63,424 nucleotides of DNA from an uncultured Alphaproteobacteria bacterium (lineage in GTDB: Bacteria > Pseudomonadota > Alphaproteobacteria > Methylaequorales > Methylaequoraceae), in contig CACAXP010000003.1 of assembly GCA_902536485.1 (NCBI GenBank), forward strand, positions 1-63,424, in the 5' to 3' direction. The position numbers and the translations under genes were made by a program. The notes under the pieces are model-generated. The model was not told the DNA's origin. It worked only from the letters and a program-made list of their open reading frames with translations, and ran no database searches. Below, in pieces: positions 20,921 to 30,088 of this stretch; position 1 is the stretch's first letter, and each line of letters begins with the position of its first letter.

Positions 20921-22420
20921 ATGAAAATTAATTTTGAAAACCTTCCTGAACAAAATTATCACCTCCTTATTATCTCACCTGATAGTAAAAAAGTAAATTC
21001 TAATAATCATCTAGACAACAGTTCTGAAGATATACTAAACGGTTATTTGGAAAAAAAAAACAAAGAAAAGGAAATCATTGAAACTTTTTTATACAAAAAT
21101 ATTCAGAATCAACGGAAAAAGTCTGAACTTGTTTCCAAGTTTACTTACGTAAGGTTTGAACATTCTGACGATACTTCATCCCAACACTCTTTTTTTGGTA
21201 AATTACTTTCCTACCTTGAAAACAAAAAAGCTAAAAATGTCATGATTTTATTCAATGAAAACTTTAATGATGAAAAGAAAAAAAAAGAAATTATAGAAAA
21301 TTTGTTAATTGGATTTAAGTTGAAAGACTATAGATTTGAAAAATACAAAAATATTTCTAAAAAAGACTTCAAAATTGATGAAGTTCGTATTCTTGGATAT
21401 AACGGTAAATCTAGAACAGAATTAGAAAAAAAAATCAAACATAAAATTAAATGTCTAGACGGAATTTTTCTTACTAGAGACTTAGTTTCAGAGCCAGCAA
21501 ACGTTTTGTATCCTCAAAAATTTGTGGAATTTTGTAATGACTTAAAAAAAGTAGGTATTGAGACACAAATTTTTGACGAAAAAAAACTTAAGACTCTTGG
21601 GATGAACGCTTTATTAGGCGTTGCTCAGGGCTCAGTTCGTCCAGCAAGAGTTATGATAATGAAATGGAATGGTTCGAAAGAAAAGAAATCTTCACCTTTA
21701 GCCTTTATTGGCAAGGGAGTTACCTTTGATACGGGGGGCATCTCTATAAAGCCTTCATCGGGAATGGAAGATATGAAATGGGATATGGGTGGAGCAGGTG
21801 TAGTTGCAGGTCTAATGTATACATTGGCCTTAAGAAAAGCCAAAGCTAATGTCATTGGAGCTGTTGGCTTGGTTGAGAATATGCCTGATGGTAATGCTCA
21901 AAGGCCAGGAGACATTGTCGAATCATTATCTGGACAAACAATTGAAGTTTTGAATACGGATGCTGAAGGACGATTAGTTTTAGCTGATGTATTGTGGTAT
22001 ATTAACCAAAAATACAAGCCCAAATTTATGATTGATTTAGCGACTTTAACTGGTGCAATAATAGTTGCTCTAGGTGAAAGATATGCTGGACTATTCTCAA
22101 ACGATGATCTATTAGTAAATAAAATCATTGATGCCTCAAAAACTACCAAGGAGTTAGTATGGCAAATGCCAATGGATGATGAATTTGATAAGTTATTGAA
22201 TTGTCCTGTGGCTGATATGAAAAATATTACAGGAACTAGAGGGGCGGGAAGTATAACGGCTGCTCAGTTCTTAAAAAGATTTGTTGGTAAAACTAGCTGG
22301 GCCCACTTAGATATTGCCGGAGTAACTTGGTCAAAAAAAGGGACAAAATTTTCAAGACCTGGGGGAACGGGCTTCGGGGTAAGACTACTTGACGAGTTTG
22401 TAAGAAAAAATTATGGATAA
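20921..22420 (+). CDS. pepA: Leucyl aminopeptidase (M17)
   Basis: GKGVTFDTGGISIK, MKWDMGGA, NTDAEGRLVL, WAHLDIAG. Confidence 0.97.
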   Translation: MKINFENLPEQNYHLLIISPDSKKVNSNNHLDNSSEDILNGYLEKKNKEKEIIETFLYKNIQNQRKKSELVSKFTYVRFEHSDDTSSQHSFFGKLLSYLENKKAKNVMILFNENFNDEKKKKEIIENLLIGFKLKDYRFEKYKNISKKDFKIDEVRILGYNGKSRTELEKKIKHKIKCLDGIFLTRDLVSEPANVLYPQKFVEFCNDLKKVGIETQIFDEKKLKTLGMNALLGVAQGSVRPARVMIMKWNGSKEKKSSPLAFIGKGVTFDTGGISIKPSSGMEDMKWDMGGAGVVAGLMYTLALRKAKANVIGAVGLVENMPDGNAQRPGDIVESLSGQTIEVLNTDAEGRLVLADVLWYINQKYKPKFMIDLATLTGAIIVALGERYAGLFSNDDLLVNKIIDASKTTKELVWQMPMDDEFDKLLNCPVADMKNITGTRGAGSITAAQFLKRFVGKTSWAHLDIAGVTWSKKGTKFSRPGGTGFGVRLLDEFVRKNYG

Positions 22421-22865
22421 ACTTTATGAAATTAACTTTTATTATGTAAAATCAGATTTCTGTCACATTGTAAATTCTTTAGCTAAAAAACTTAGAGACA
22501 AAAAAGTTTTAGTTAATTTGTCAAATGAATTAGAAATGAATTTCTTAGATAAATACCTTTGGACAAAAGAAAAAAATGAATTTTTACCTCATAAAACATT
22601 CACTGAAAAACTTAATATTAAGGATAATTTAGTTTTATTTCATGGTGATTATCTTAAAATAAACAATTTACTTAATTTTGATATTATTTTAGTATCACCC
22701 GGGGTTAAAATAAAAAAAATTTCTAATTTAAAAAAATTCTTTTTTTTCTCCTATGACGAAGTAAACGAACAAATTATTTCAACAATATCAACCAAATTAA
22801 AAAATAAGATAAAAAAAATTAAGTGCTTTTATGAGTTTGATAAATTTAAATGGAAAACAATCTAA
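22413..22865 (+). CDS. holC: DNA polymerase III chi subunit (divergent)
   Basis: FY..., LD.YLWT...EFLPH motif; pepA-holC order. Confidence 0.8.
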   Translation: MDKLYEINFYYVKSDFCHIVNSLAKKLRDKKVLVNLSNELEMNFLDKYLWTKEKNEFLPHKTFTEKLNIKDNLVLFHGDYLKINNLLNFDIILVSPGVKIKKISNLKKFFFFSYDEVNEQIISTISTKLKNKIKKIKCFYEFDKFKWKTI

Positions 22866-22886
22866 ATTATTTAAGGAGACTTTTTT

Positions 22887-23315
22887 ATGGAGCTAACTTT
22901 ATCAATTATTAAACCAGACGCTGTCAAAAGAGGACTTACTGGAGAAATTAATACATTAATAGAGAAAAACAAAATGAGAATTGTTGCACAGAAAATGTTA
23001 CATCTTTCATTAGTTGATGCAAAAGGTTTTTATTTTGTTCACAAAGAAAGAGCTTTTTTTAACGATTTGTGCGAATATATGACATCTGGTCCAATTGTTG
23101 TACAAGTTCTCATGGGTAAAAACGTTGTAAGCAATTATAGGAACTTAATGGGAGCAACTAACCCAACCAATGCTGATGATGGTACTATAAGAAAAAAGTA
23201 TGGTTTATCTGTAGAAGAAAATTCAGTACACGGCTCAGATAGTGAAGAGAACTCAGAAATAGAAATCAGCTTTTTCTTTTCAAAAAGAGAAATATTTAAT
23301 CACTTGGGTAGTTAG
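22887..23315 (+). CDS. ndk: Nucleoside diphosphate kinase
   Basis: IIKPDAV, GATNP, NSVHGSDS. Confidence 0.98.
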   Translation: MELTLSIIKPDAVKRGLTGEINTLIEKNKMRIVAQKMLHLSLVDAKGFYFVHKERAFFNDLCEYMTSGPIVVQVLMGKNVVSNYRNLMGATNPTNADDGTIRKKYGLSVEENSVHGSDSEENSEIEISFFFSKREIFNHLGS

Positions 23316-23434
23316 AAAATTAAAAAAAACCATAATAGAAAAAGAAGTACCGTAACAATGACGCAAGATATTATGGTGAACTTGATAAACTTAGAATAAA
23401 AGCTTTCTTGGAATTTACTATCTATCTTTGCCAT
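23312..23434 (-). CDS. 40-aa single-TM peptide resembling aa3-type cytochrome c oxidase subunit IV (not in ORF track)
   Basis: Manual translation MAKIDSKFQESFYSKFIKFTIISCVIVTVLLFLLWFFLIF*; fills the ndk-purN gap exactly; Y..F.K + TM pattern. Confidence 0.55.
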   Translation of the reverse strand: MAKIDSKFQESFYSKFIKFTIISCVIVTVLLFLLWFFLIF

Positions 23435-23999
23435 AATTATATTTCTTTTCTAATAATTCAATAACTTTTATATATAAAATATGCTCCTCTTTCAATATCT
23501 TTTTCGCTAATCTTTCTTCATTATCTGTTTTTAAAACTTTCACTATTCTTTGATCTATTATTTCCCCAGTATCAACACCCTTGTCTACATAATGTATAGT
23601 ACAACCTGTATATTTAACTTTTTTTTCTAAAGCTTTTTTTACAGCATTTAATCCTTTGAAAGCAGGAAGAATAGAGGGGTGAATATTGATAATTTTTTTT
23701 TCCCAATTACACAGAAAACCTTTACTGAGAATTCTCATAAAACCTGCCAAACATACAAAATTGATTTTTTCTTCATGTAGAGTTTGCGAAAGTTTTTTTT
23801 CAAATTTATTAATTTGATTTTCAAGAATAATTTTGGTTTTAATACCCTTTTTTTCAACTTTAGTTAACACGGAAGAATTTTTATTATTAGAAATTACTAT
23901 TTTTACTTTTGATGACAAGGTTTTATTATTACATGCTTCAATAATGTTAAGCATGTTTGAGCCTCTCCCTGAAATTAGTATTGCTAAGTTAAATCCCAT
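23418..23999 (-). CDS. purN: Phosphoribosylglycinamide formyltransferase
   Basis: LISGRGSN, LAGFMRIL, NIHPSILP, GCTIHYV..GVDTG. Confidence 0.97.
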   Translation of the reverse strand: MGFNLAILISGRGSNMLNIIEACNNKTLSSKVKIVISNNKNSSVLTKVEKKGIKTKIILENQINKFEKKLSQTLHEEKINFVCLAGFMRILSKGFLCNWEKKIINIHPSILPAFKGLNAVKKALEKKVKYTGCTIHYVDKGVDTGEIIDQRIVKVLKTDNEERLAKKILKEEHILYIKVIELLEKKYNYGKDR

Positions 24000-25060
24000 T
24001 TACCAAAATTCTTAATTGATACTTTTTCTTCAACAATTTTTTTTGTTATTACTTCTCCAATTACATGCGAGTTAATTTTATTTTTTCTTAAAATGTTAAG
24101 TACAGCTTTTTTATTTTTATGATTAATGATCACAATTAACCCAATACCACAATTAAAAGTTTTCAGCATTTCCTTTGTTTTTATATTTGCTAATTTTTTT
24201 ATCCAAATAAATCTTTCAGGTATTACAAAATTTGGACAGTCAATTATCGCACACATTCCAGTCGGAATGATTCTTTCCAGATTTTCGTAGATACCTCCTC
24301 CAGTAATATGAGAAATAGCAAAAATTTTCTTTTTTTTAATAAGAGGAAGAATGGGCTTTACGTAAATTTTTGTTGGTTGAATCAAATCCTCACCTAACAA
24401 TTTAAAATTTGATTTAAATGGAGGCTTGCAATTAAGAGATATCTTTTTATCATTTAAAATTTTTCTAATAAGTGAAAATCCATTTGAATGAAAACCATTT
24501 GATTCTAACCCTAGAATAAGAGATTTTTTTTTAACTTTTTCTTTTCCAACTTTGTTCTCTCTTTCAACTGCACCTACCGCAAAACCAGCTATATCAAATT
24601 CCTCACCCTTATACATACCAGGCATTTCAGCTGTTTCTCCTCCTACTAGCGAACATCCGGCCTCACTGCAGGCGTCATTAATACTCTTGATCAAATCAAA
24701 AAAGATGTTATCCTTAATTTTTGATGATGAAATGTAATCAAGAAAAAAAAGTGGTTCTCCGCCATTCGCTAAAATGTCATTTACTGACATTGCAACTAAG
24801 TCAAACCCTAAATATTTTAAATTTTTTTGCTGTAAAGCCAATTTAAGTTTTGTACCTACTCCATCTGTACTACTTAATAGTAATGGGTCCTTATATTTGA
24901 GTTTTTTCAAATCAAAAATTGAACAAAATCCTCCTGGGTTTAAAATTACCTCTTTTCTAAAGTTTTTTTTTGAAATGGTTTCAAGTTTTTTTACCAACTT
25001 AGAAGATTTTTTTGTATCGACACCAGATGATTTGTATGTAGAAATTTTAAACTCCTTCAA
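23984..25060 (-). CDS. purM: Phosphoribosylformylglycinamidine cyclo-ligase
   Basis: TDGVGTKL, VAMSVND, GGETAEMPG, HSNGFSL, HITGGG. Confidence 0.97.
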   Translation of the reverse strand: MKEFKISTYKSSGVDTKKSSKLVKKLETISKKNFRKEVILNPGGFCSIFDLKKLKYKDPLLLSSTDGVGTKLKLALQQKNLKYLGFDLVAMSVNDILANGGEPLFFLDYISSSKIKDNIFFDLIKSINDACSEAGCSLVGGETAEMPGMYKGEEFDIAGFAVGAVERENKVGKEKVKKKSLILGLESNGFHSNGFSLIRKILNDKKISLNCKPPFKSNFKLLGEDLIQPTKIYVKPILPLIKKKKIFAISHITGGGIYENLERIIPTGMCAIIDCPNFVIPERFIWIKKLANIKTKEMLKTFNCGIGLIVIINHKNKKAVLNILRKNKINSHVIGEVITKKIVEEKVSIKNFGKWDLT

Positions 25061-25111
25061 TGTTTAGTTTTCAAATAATTAATGCTATAAGTTTATAACT
25101 TATACTTGAAA

Positions 25112-26212
25112 ATGTTAAAAATACTAAGCCTTATCATATTCTTTTTTTTTATACATATAGCAAGCTGTTTTGCCAATGAAGAAATTTATAACATTAAAAA
25201 TAACGAAGTTTATTTAGAAAATAATGGAAATGTCTTAGAGGTAAGGGAAAATGCCAAAAATATTTCATTTAAAAATGGATTCAATATACTAGCAAAAAAT
25301 ATCCTGACACCAGAGGACTTTTTAAGATTTTCTCAGATTTCAGACTTTAATCCAACGGAACTTGTAAGTGACTATAAAATAGAATCTGAAAAGATTACTG
25401 AAATAAACTATTACGCTGAAATATCAATCAATTTTAATCCAGAAAGAGTAAGAAAATTTTTTAGTGATAATAGTATTGACCTTAATATTTTTGTATCAGA
25501 AAGCTATTTAATTTTTCCTGTTTTTAAAAAATTTAATACATTTTATCTTTGGGACAAAGAAAACTTGTGGTACGACTTTTTACTGGAAGAATATGATCAA
25601 CAAAGTCTTCTTAAGCTTTTCTTCCCAAAAAAAAGTAACATTAATAGATTAAAAATTTCAGCAGAACAAATTATCAATATGAACGTAGGTAAGATTGATA
25701 ATTTTTTAGAACTCTATAATAAAAAAAAAGCTATAATTATATTTTTAGAGCAAAAGTTTGATATAAATAAAAATAATTTTGACATTAAGTTAGATGCAAA
25801 ACTTTTCTCAAACAAAGTTTTTACACAAATTAAAATTGGTGATGACGATTTTTTGATAGAAGGTAAAAACTCTTCAGAAATTGATTTAGTTGCAAAATTT
25901 GTAATTAATGAACTTCAAAACTGGTGGAAAAGTAGAATTGATTCAGAAGAACTTGCAAGCAATAGCGAGAGTTTAATTTTAATAAGTATTGATTCAGAAG
26001 ATATTAAAAAAAGCTTTTTTATTGAAGAAGCACTTTTTGAAATAATTGGAATTAATAATGCTAATATTAGAGAGTTAAGGGGAAAAAAAACAATTTATGA
26101 AATTTCTACAAACTATAGTATTAAAAACATAAACTTAAGGTTAGAAAGTAAAAGTTTAAGACTAATTAAATCCGAATCTTCAAGTAACCTCTATAAAGTT
26201 GAAAGTTATTAA
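25112..26212 (+). CDS. DUF2066-like exported protein
   Basis: Signal peptide; LW...W motif (FYLWDKENLWYDF); usual slot divergent from purM and upstream of hda. Confidence 0.55.
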   Translation: MLKILSLIIFFFFIHIASCFANEEIYNIKNNEVYLENNGNVLEVRENAKNISFKNGFNILAKNILTPEDFLRFSQISDFNPTELVSDYKIESEKITEINYYAEISINFNPERVRKFFSDNSIDLNIFVSESYLIFPVFKKFNTFYLWDKENLWYDFLLEEYDQQSLLKLFFPKKSNINRLKISAEQIINMNVGKIDNFLELYNKKKAIIIFLEQKFDINKNNFDIKLDAKLFSNKVFTQIKIGDDDFLIEGKNSSEIDLVAKFVINELQNWWKSRIDSEELASNSESLILISIDSEDIKKSFFIEEALFEIIGINNANIRELRGKKTIYEISTNYSIKNINLRLESKSLRLIKSESSSNLYKVESY

Positions 26213-26874
26213 TGAAGCAGGATGTTCTAAATTTCAGGTTTGAAAACAAAAAAGATTTTTATGTAACTTCAAAAAACTCTCTTGCTTTTGAATTAATTCA
26301 AAAGTGGCCTAATTGGAATAATCAGTTTTTTTTTTTATATGGACCTTCCAAATGTGGAAAAACAACAATGTGTAAAATTTGGCAAAAAAAATCTAAGGCT
26401 ATATTTCTTGATAAAAAAAAAATAGAAGAATTTTTTAACAACACATATAAAAAAGACTCTAACTTACATAATAACTGGATATTAGATAATGTTGATTTTT
26501 TTTTAAAAAAAAAAAATGACGAAAAATTACTGAATTTCATTAATATAATGAAAGAAAAAAAAAATTCCTTTTTTTTGATGACATCAAAAGTTCCACCTAG
26601 ACAGCTTTCCACAAAAATCAATGATTTATTGTCACGTATTTTAGACTCACTAGTTGTTCAAGTACATGAGCCAGACAATCTTCTTCTAGCAAAGATAATT
26701 AAAAAATATTTAGAAGAAAGAGAAATAAAAATTGATAAAAAAAAAATTGATTATCTTACTAATAGAATTGAAAGGTCATATCAATTTGCTATAAAAATAG
26801 CAAAAAAGATTGACAGTAAGTCTTTGGAAAGTCATTCAAATATTTCTTTTAGATTTTTAAAAAAAATTTTATAA
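26212..26874 (+). CDS. hda: DnaA regulatory inactivator Hda/HdaA
   Basis: NSLAFELIQKWPNW, GPSKCGKT, DLLSRI, LTNRIERS. Confidence 0.88.
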   Translation: MKQDVLNFRFENKKDFYVTSKNSLAFELIQKWPNWNNQFFFLYGPSKCGKTTMCKIWQKKSKAIFLDKKKIEEFFNNTYKKDSNLHNNWILDNVDFFLKKKNDEKLLNFINIMKEKKNSFFLMTSKVPPRQLSTKINDLLSRILDSLVVQVHEPDNLLLAKIIKKYLEEREIKIDKKKIDYLTNRIERSYQFAIKIAKKIDSKSLESHSNISFRFLKKIL

Positions 26875-26876
26875 AT

Positions 26877-27716
26877 TTAATTATTATATTCTATAACAAT
26901 TTTTTTTAATTCCTCTTTAAATTGTTTGTTTTTAATAGAATTTATAGTTTTTAATATATCAGAATAATTGGTTTTTTTTTTTGATATATATTTTATTTCT
27001 TGATCTTTTATCAATCTTTTAGCAGGAATATTCTTAGTTTTTGCTGTTTGTTCTCTCCTTCTACAAATTTCTTTCAGAAGATTAAATTTATGATCTTCCT
27101 TGTTATTAATTTTAATTTTTTGCCATGCTAGTCCTGGTTTTTTTAAGTAGTTATCTTTATCAAGTAACTTACTATGAAATTTGTTTATATTTCCACAAAT
27201 TTTTTTTTGTTTTAATTTCTCTAAGATAACTGAGTACAATTGTATTAGGTATCTAACATCATTACTGGCATAATTTAATTTTTTTTTAGAGAGTGGTCTT
27301 TTCCTCCAATCAATAAATTGGTGAGTTTTATCAATTTTTTGATTCAAAAAATAACTTATTGAATCAGCATATCCAAGTGAATTTGATATTCCTAGCAAAC
27401 TTATACAAATTTGCGTATCAATAATATTTTTAGGTAATTTTTTATAAAGATTAAAAAATATTTCTAAATCTTGTTGAGCAGCGTGAAAAATCTTAAGAAT
27501 CTTAGAGGAATATAAAATTTTTTTAATCAGAGATAAATCTAGTTTTTTATTAATAGGATCTATAAGAATAGTTTCGTCTTTATTGGCCATTTGAAGAAGG
27601 CAGAATTTAGGATAGTATGTGTTTACTCTATAAAATTCTGTATCTACAGCTACAACTTCATGTTTTTGACATTTTAGATAGAATTTTTTTAATTGATCAT
27701 TAGTATGTATTAACAC
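26877..27716 (-). CDS. rnd: Ribonuclease D (short form)
   Basis: AVDTEF, FHAAQQDLE, DTQI, DWRKRPLS...YASNDV, HRDC-like C-terminus. Confidence 0.93.
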   Translation of the reverse strand: MLIHTNDQLKKFYLKCQKHEVVAVDTEFYRVNTYYPKFCLLQMANKDETILIDPINKKLDLSLIKKILYSSKILKIFHAAQQDLEIFFNLYKKLPKNIIDTQICISLLGISNSLGYADSISYFLNQKIDKTHQFIDWRKRPLSKKKLNYASNDVRYLIQLYSVILEKLKQKKICGNINKFHSKLLDKDNYLKKPGLAWQKIKINNKEDHKFNLLKEICRRREQTAKTKNIPAKRLIKDQEIKYISKKKTNYSDILKTINSIKNKQFKEELKKIVIEYNN

Positions 27717-27755
27717 TAATAAAAATTATCATTTAAAATATATTGCTTCAATAGT

Positions 27756-29525
27756 ATGAGTTATTTTAGATCACATAACTGCGGTGAATTATCTGTAAAG
27801 GATATAGATAAAAAAGCTTCTGTTTCAGGGTGGATTAACAAAAAAAGAGATCATGGTGGTGTGCTTTTCATAGATTTAAGAGATCACTTTGGAATCACAC
27901 AATGTGTTGTAAATTCTGACAACAAAATGTTTTCAGAATTAGAAACCCTTAAACTTGAAAGTATTATAAAAATTACAGGGAAAGTTGTTAAAAGATCATT
28001 AGATACTATTAATAAAAACCTTCCGACTGGTGAGATTGAAATTTCATCTGAAAAAATAGAAATTTTAAATGAATCAGAACAAATCCCTTTTCAAGTAGCA
28101 ATTGATGATGATTCACCAGAAGAACTAAGGTTGAAATATAGATATATAGATCTGAGAAGAGAAAAAAATAAAAAAAATATAATTTTACGTTCCAAAATTA
28201 TAAACAGTCTGAGATCTAAGATGATAAGTAGAGGTTTTTTAGAAATTCAAACACCTATTCTGACATCTTCCTCACCCGAGGGAGCGAGAGACTTTTTAGT
28301 TCCTAGTAGACTTCATAATGGAAAGTTTTATGCCTTACCTCAAGCTCCGCAAATTTTTAAACAACTTTTAATGGTGTCAACTTTCGATAAATACTTTCAG
28401 ATTGCACCTTGTTTTAGAGATGAGGATGCAAGAGCAGACAGGTCTCCTGGAGAGTTTTATCAACTAGATTTTGAAATGTCTTTTGCCGAACAAGAGGATA
28501 TATTTAACGAAATTGAACCAGTGTTATTCGAAGTTTTTAAAGAAAATTCAAACTTTGAAGTTTCAACCCCACCTTTCAAAAGAATTAAATATTTAGACTC
28601 AATGGAAATGTATGGAACTGATAAGCCTGATTTAAGAAATCCACTAATAATATCAGATGTTACCCAATGTTTTAAAAATTCTGGTTTTAAAATTTTTGAA
28701 TCTAATATAGAGAAAGGTTTTGTTGTAAGAGCAATAAAAGCACCTAAATCAAGCTCAAAACCAAGAGCATGGTTTGATAAACTTAATGGATGGGCAAGAG
28801 ATGAAGGTCAGAAGGGGTTAGGTTACGTAATATTAGAAGATAATAATTTTAAAGGCCCTATTTCAAATAATATGAATGAGGAAAATCTTGAATCTTTAAA
28901 AACACAAATTGATCTTAAAAACAATGATGCTGTTTTTTTTGTATGTGATGAAAAAGTAAGTGCAATTAAATTTTCAGCTTTGGTTAGAACAAAGATTTGT
29001 GATGAGTTGCAGCTCTTAGAAAAGAATACATTTAAATTTTGTTGGATTGTAGATTATCCGATGTATGAGCTTGACCCTATCACAAAAAAAATAGACTTTA
29101 GTCATAACCCTTTTTCCATGCCACAAGGAGGTATGCAATCTCTTTTAGAAAAAGATCCTCTTGAAATACTGGCTTGGCAATTTGATATAGTGTGCAACGG
29201 TATTGAACTTTCATCTGGTGCTATAAGAAATCATAAGAGAGATATTATGGTTAAGGCTTTTGAAATAGCTGGTTACTCTGAAAAAGAATTGAGTTCAAGG
29301 TTTGGTTCTTTATTTAATGCTTTCAAGTTTGGTGCCCCACCACATGGAGGTTCTGCTCCAGGTATAGATAGGATTATTATGCTTATATCAGGTGAAGAAA
29401 ATCTTAGAGAAATTGTAGCTTTTCCAATGAATCAGCAAGCTGAAGATTTGATGATGGGTTCTCCAAATATAGTGAATGAGTCTCAACTTCGTGAATTGGG
29501 TCTTGAATTAAAAAAAAAAAAATAA
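27756..29525 (+). CDS. aspS: Aspartyl-tRNA synthetase (non-discriminating type)
   Basis: RDHGGVLFIDLRD, PEGARDFLVPSR, CFRDED.RADR, GAPPHGG. Confidence 0.98.
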   Translation: MSYFRSHNCGELSVKDIDKKASVSGWINKKRDHGGVLFIDLRDHFGITQCVVNSDNKMFSELETLKLESIIKITGKVVKRSLDTINKNLPTGEIEISSEKIEILNESEQIPFQVAIDDDSPEELRLKYRYIDLRREKNKKNIILRSKIINSLRSKMISRGFLEIQTPILTSSSPEGARDFLVPSRLHNGKFYALPQAPQIFKQLLMVSTFDKYFQIAPCFRDEDARADRSPGEFYQLDFEMSFAEQEDIFNEIEPVLFEVFKENSNFEVSTPPFKRIKYLDSMEMYGTDKPDLRNPLIISDVTQCFKNSGFKIFESNIEKGFVVRAIKAPKSSSKPRAWFDKLNGWARDEGQKGLGYVILEDNNFKGPISNNMNEENLESLKTQIDLKNNDAVFFVCDEKVSAIKFSALVRTKICDELQLLEKNTFKFCWIVDYPMYELDPITKKIDFSHNPFSMPQGGMQSLLEKDPLEILAWQFDIVCNGIELSSGAIRNHKRDIMVKAFEIAGYSEKELSSRFGSLFNAFKFGAPPHGGSAPGIDRIIMLISGEENLREIVAFPMNQQAEDLMMGSPNIVNESQLRELGLELKKKK

Positions 29526-29693
29526 TTATTTGATTTTTTGTTCCTTGAAAATCACGTGTTTTCTGACTTTAGGGTCATACTTTTTAAGCTCTAACTTTTC
29601 GGTTTTTAATTTTGGATTTTTAAACTTTACATAAAAGTAACCAGTATCAGCTGTGCTCACCATTTTTACTTGTATTGTATTTGACTTAGCCAT
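29526..29693 (-). CDS. rpmG: 50S ribosomal protein L33 (55 aa, not in ORF track)
   Basis: Manual translation [55 protein letters not shown]. Confidence 0.97.
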   Translation of the reverse strand: MAKSNTIQVKMVSTADTGYFYVKFKNPKLKTEKLELKKYDPKVRKHVIFKEQKIK

Positions 29694-29734
29694 AAGGTTT
29701 TATATAATTTTATAATATTCTGTCAAGATTATCT

Positions 29735-30088
29735 TCACTTATCTTTTACAAAAATCTGAAAGGCTAAAAATGCTCCTTTTACTTTTGGCAGAAGCCAAAG
29801 GGTAAGGACTAATGTAATAATTGGCCATATAATCATTTGAATCATTGTGGGGAAACTAAAGTTTTTTTCGGTTAATAATATAAGGGGGATCAAAATATGT
29901 CCTACTATAAAAATTGTACAATAAGCTGGACCATCATCGGATTTATATTCAGAAAAATTTATTCCACATTTAGAGCACTTTTTATGTGTCTTTACATATC
30001 TTGAAAAAATAGGAAACAAACCGCAATTAGGACATTTTTTTGCAAAACCTCTTCTCAAAAATTTTAATTTATTTTTTTGCATCATCAC
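29735..30088 (-). CDS. DUF983 membrane protein
   Basis: CPNCG...C.KCG, SDDGPAY.TIFIVGH, LPKVKG; usual rnr-DUF983 order. Confidence 0.88.
   Translation of the reverse strand: MMMQKNKLKFLRRGFAKKCPNCGLFPIFSRYVKTHKKCSKCGINFSEYKSDDGPAYCTIFIVGHILIPLILLTEKNFSFPTMIQMIIWPIITLVLTLWLLPKVKGAFLAFQIFVKDK

Noticed and set aside
29505-29525. Long poly-A tracts (end of aspS and many others) as phase-variation switches or frameshifts
   Set aside because: All genes read through at expected lengths; the tracts encode Lys or Phe runs typical of AT-rich genomes.
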